DNA from: Candidatus Ozemobacteraceae bacterium
GTDB taxonomy: Bacteria; Muiribacteriota; Ozemobacteria; Ozemobacterales; Ozemobacteraceae
NCBI GenBank assembly: GCA_965140445.1
Contig: OZ223235.1
Location: 1-19,207 of the forward strand
DNA length: 19,207 nucleotides
Direction: 5' to 3'
In this document: positions 17,701-19,207 of the stretch, one piece after another
How positions within the stretch are numbered: position 1 is the first letter of the stretch
Layout of the letters: every line of letters begins with the position of its first letter
Program-made: the position numbers and the translations under genes
The notes under the pieces: generated by a model
What the model saw: the letters and a program-made list of their open reading frames with translations, nothing else
Database searches by the model: none
What the model was told of the DNA's origin: nothing

Positions 17701-19024
17701 TGGTTGCTAATTCACGATTAAGAAATAAATTAATTTTTTCTACAAATTCATTAACTGCATGAAATTCTGTAGTACGAATCAAGTTGTTAAAAAAACGATC
17801 CTTAATCGGAGAAAGATTAGACGTGGGAACCTTGTAGGCTTCAAGAACATTATTTAACATTTGGCCGAGTCGCCTAAATATGTTGGCCTGCATAAACTTC
17901 TGCAATTCACTGGAGATAGACTGCATTACGCGTTTGGTTTTCAGGATATCAATCGTTTCCATAGCAAAAATATCCCCAAGATCTTTTACTATTTTGTCGT
18001 TTTTTTCTGGAATAATACCCTTTAAATTTAGTAATCCGATAAGCTCTTTAACCAAAACAACGCATTCTTTAATGTTGTCAAAACTGACAGTTTCATAATG
18101 GTTATTGGTAAGATCGTTAGTAAAAATAAAAACTAACCTTCCAATATCAAGATCAAGGTTAAGGAAATCAAACAATTCTATCCTTTTCTCAAAATATGAT
18201 TTTTTTAAGAGCATTTTGATGCTTGATAAGCGCTTTAAACAGTCAAATAAATTAGTTGTGATTTTAATATTTTCTGCAGTACAAAACTCAAGAAAGGTTT
18301 GCATTTCTTTCTTGAGAAAACACCTGTCAAAAAGATCCAGTTTGTCAGATAGATTCTTTTTAACAGATGTTATATCGCCTTTTTCATAATCCCAAAGATA
18401 GGAAAGCTTTTCATCCATTTCTTCGGCGAGCTCAATAAATTTTGGATTCTCAGTTTTGGGATCAAATCTGCTAGCTAAAACCATGTAGCCAGAAGACATC
18501 ATTGGCATTGAATTGTTGTTTTTTATCAGCTCAAGATAAGGAGTCAGGTATTTTGAAAGAATTCTTGGGGAAAGCTTTCGATGTACCTCTTTTCGCAAAT
18601 CCCCGGCAAAAGAAAGCATTGGGTCGTCGCTATTACGACCTTCTTCAAAGTATTCTGCAGCACTTCTAATATCTCCAATAAGGTCTTTTCCACCATGCCT
18701 AATCGGAAGCTTTTTTAAAAATTCGCGGAAGTAATAAATAAACTCATTGCTTGGATTTTCTACTTTAGATAAGGAATTTATAATCTCTGCGGACAATTTT
18801 TGATGTATGGTTTCAATATTTTCCTTGAGATCTCTGCCATCGTAAATTTTGTCTTCTTTATCAAGCAATCTGATATTAACCATCATTGCAAGAACCATAT
18901 CAATTTTCTTTTCAAGATCGGTTTCTTCGCCAGAAGCTATTATTTGCGCAATTATCTTTTCCCAGGTGTTTAAAGGCACCATTCCAAATCCAAAATTAGA
19001 AATACAGGAATCTTTTTCAATCAT
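14792..19024 (-). CDS. pgk: Fusion protein: helical N-terminal domain + PPDK-type nucleotide-binding domain + phosphohistidine swivel domain + phosphoglycerate kinase
   Basis: PPDK motifs LGGKG, NPLLVSVRSG, GTAVTVQQMVFGN, GVLFTRNP, QGEDVV, DIEFT, LLQAR, and GRTSHAA. PGK motifs VRLDLNVP, SHLGEP, ENLRF, NDAFGTSHR, GGSKISTK, WNGPIGAFE, GGGDS, HVSTGGGASLEFLE. One uninterrupted frame. ATG 19024 is preferred (AAGGAG 7 nt upstream), giving about 1410 aa. The symbol pgk applies only to the C-terminal ~400 aa. Confidence 0.93.
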   Translation of the reverse strand: MIEKDSCISNFGFGMVPLNTWEKIIAQIIASGEETDLEKKIDMVLAMMVNIRLLDKEDKIYDGRDLKENIETIHQKLSAEIINSLSKVENPSNEFIYYFREFLKKLPIRHGGKDLIGDIRSAAEYFEEGRNSDDPMLSFAGDLRKEVHRKLSPRILSKYLTPYLELIKNNNSMPMMSSGYMVLASRFDPKTENPKFIELAEEMDEKLSYLWDYEKGDITSVKKNLSDKLDLFDRCFLKKEMQTFLEFCTAENIKITTNLFDCLKRLSSIKMLLKKSYFEKRIELFDFLNLDLDIGRLVFIFTNDLTNNHYETVSFDNIKECVVLVKELIGLLNLKGIIPEKNDKIVKDLGDIFAMETIDILKTKRVMQSISSELQKFMQANIFRRLGQMLNNVLEAYKVPTSNLSPIKDRFFNNLIRTTEFHAVNEFVEKINLFLNRELATKSAENSLYGKYGITNLPEVAGDFDSYIATTWTKTPEKLRPYLGGKGNSIIDMSNMGINIPSAFILGLPICKEVFNENPDRDGFRAAVKKYLNQLEEKTGKKLGSADNPLLVSVRSGTTISLPGSMCTVLNVGLTPEIIGKLSERYGEKFASSIYLRFLKNTLVAMETDLGFLNENSNSIDEVIKIAEDLVNRGLGDDFLKKPFEQLVKCIELVFASSRSKNVREYLKELSIQVVYGTAVTVQQMVFGNLNKNCLSGVLFTRNPINGSNELFGEYQEMTQGEDVVMGNVITRPISDISKDLEKELIQNKEILEKGLKHDLDIEFTVEDGRLYLLQARRASISTYAKLVVDTDMVKNGIISLDELKKRIERICATNAFISVPRADKDFREWKPPISEGVSINHGIAWGALVLTPDKLEEMKANRENIIYFAQNTRPSDFYIINNSHGIITVFPGRTSHAAITSITLNKPCVVGCSNAVIDLEQRTVTFKGEMDVTLQEGELITLDANGGYIYRGTVPLSGSFIRTRDILDMVRTVGSPAEAASEIERIIQEKIATLEKETGFQKKVITSVDKSLFQDKNVLVRLDLNVPINDGQITDSTRIDAAIPTIKYLIEAGATPILCSHLGEPDKQEKKGKSREEIYTEYSMRPVAEYLKTHFKDIVFLEKSIASSGVLIKKKDVVNGKINIIENLRFAIGEKENDSVFARGLAELSDGIFVNDAFGTSHRSHASITGVTRFIPIKLAGLLIEKELKYLGSTISKPKRPFVGITGGSKISTKLGIIESLLKKIDLLIVGGGIGYTLLKATGFDVQKSLVEESMLETARKLMDKYGDKIILPRDFVTTDKFDFPNQRVGNLERNVKTIKEGWESFDLGKESIDHAVEILEKSETILWNGPIGAFEIKEGSEGTIRLSHELARLAEKGKTVIIGGGDSSAAVKIAGVSEKMTHVSTGGGASLEFLERLTLPGISVLDSE

Positions 19025-19207
19025 TATGCCTCTCCTTCTCTTATCTAAAGTACTGAATACCATTTTTCTGCAAAGAATTCCATTCAAATTCGGTGGCTTT
19101 GCCCGAAAATTATAGTTTTCCCAGAGTAAAAAAACGCACTTTTTTCACTGGCTTAAAAAGCAAAAATTTTCCGCTTTTTGCAAAACAAGAAAAGTAATTT
19201 TAGTGCC

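Noticed and set aside
19025..19087. 21-codon N-terminal extension of the fusion from TTG 19087
   Set aside because: The extension contains the SD (AAGGAG) correctly spaced for ATG 19024, and TTG 19087 has no SD.
1473..19115. About 30 short (60-106 aa) ORFs in the track nested in or antisense to long genes
   Set aside because: All are shadows of well-supported CDSs and have no recognisable motifs.
19105..19120. Imperfect palindrome GAAAAtTATAgTTTTC containing a minus-strand TATAAT upstream of the fusion gene
   Set aside because: It could be a -10 or operator, but it has no -35 or TG extension and such AT-rich dyads are common by chance. Not supportable.
1..19207. CRISPR arrays, tRNA/rRNA, IS/integrase/phage or defence genes
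   Set aside because: I saw no regularly spaced repeats, cloverleaf or recombinase/transposase motifs. All intergenic gaps are under 270 nt and mostly explained by promoters and terminators.

Overview
This is an AT-rich bacterial chromosomal window with 12 credible CDSs. I found no rRNA, tRNA, CRISPR array or mobile element. Left to right it holds: the 3' end of an unknown gene; a Cache-HAMP-PAS-PAS hybrid histidine kinase; a multi-pass membrane protein behind a perfect sigma-54 promoter; a secreted type I pullulanase; a coupled pair of a His-rich 4-TM protein and a SpNOX-like flavocytochrome; a signalling operon (sensorless His kinase, pseudo-receiver-HDOD, receiver-PP2C); a small membrane-anchored protein; a DUF5610-like protein; and a ~1410-aa fusion. 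The fusion is the standout. It has a ~460-aa helical N-terminal domain, then PPDK-type ATP-grasp and phosphohistidine domains with no pyruvate/PEP-binding barrel, then a complete phosphoglycerate kinase. By eye the N-terminal domain follows the motif pattern of the helical domain of plant glucan/phosphoglucan water dikinases. All family assignments come from motif recognition and recalled sequences; no searches were run.
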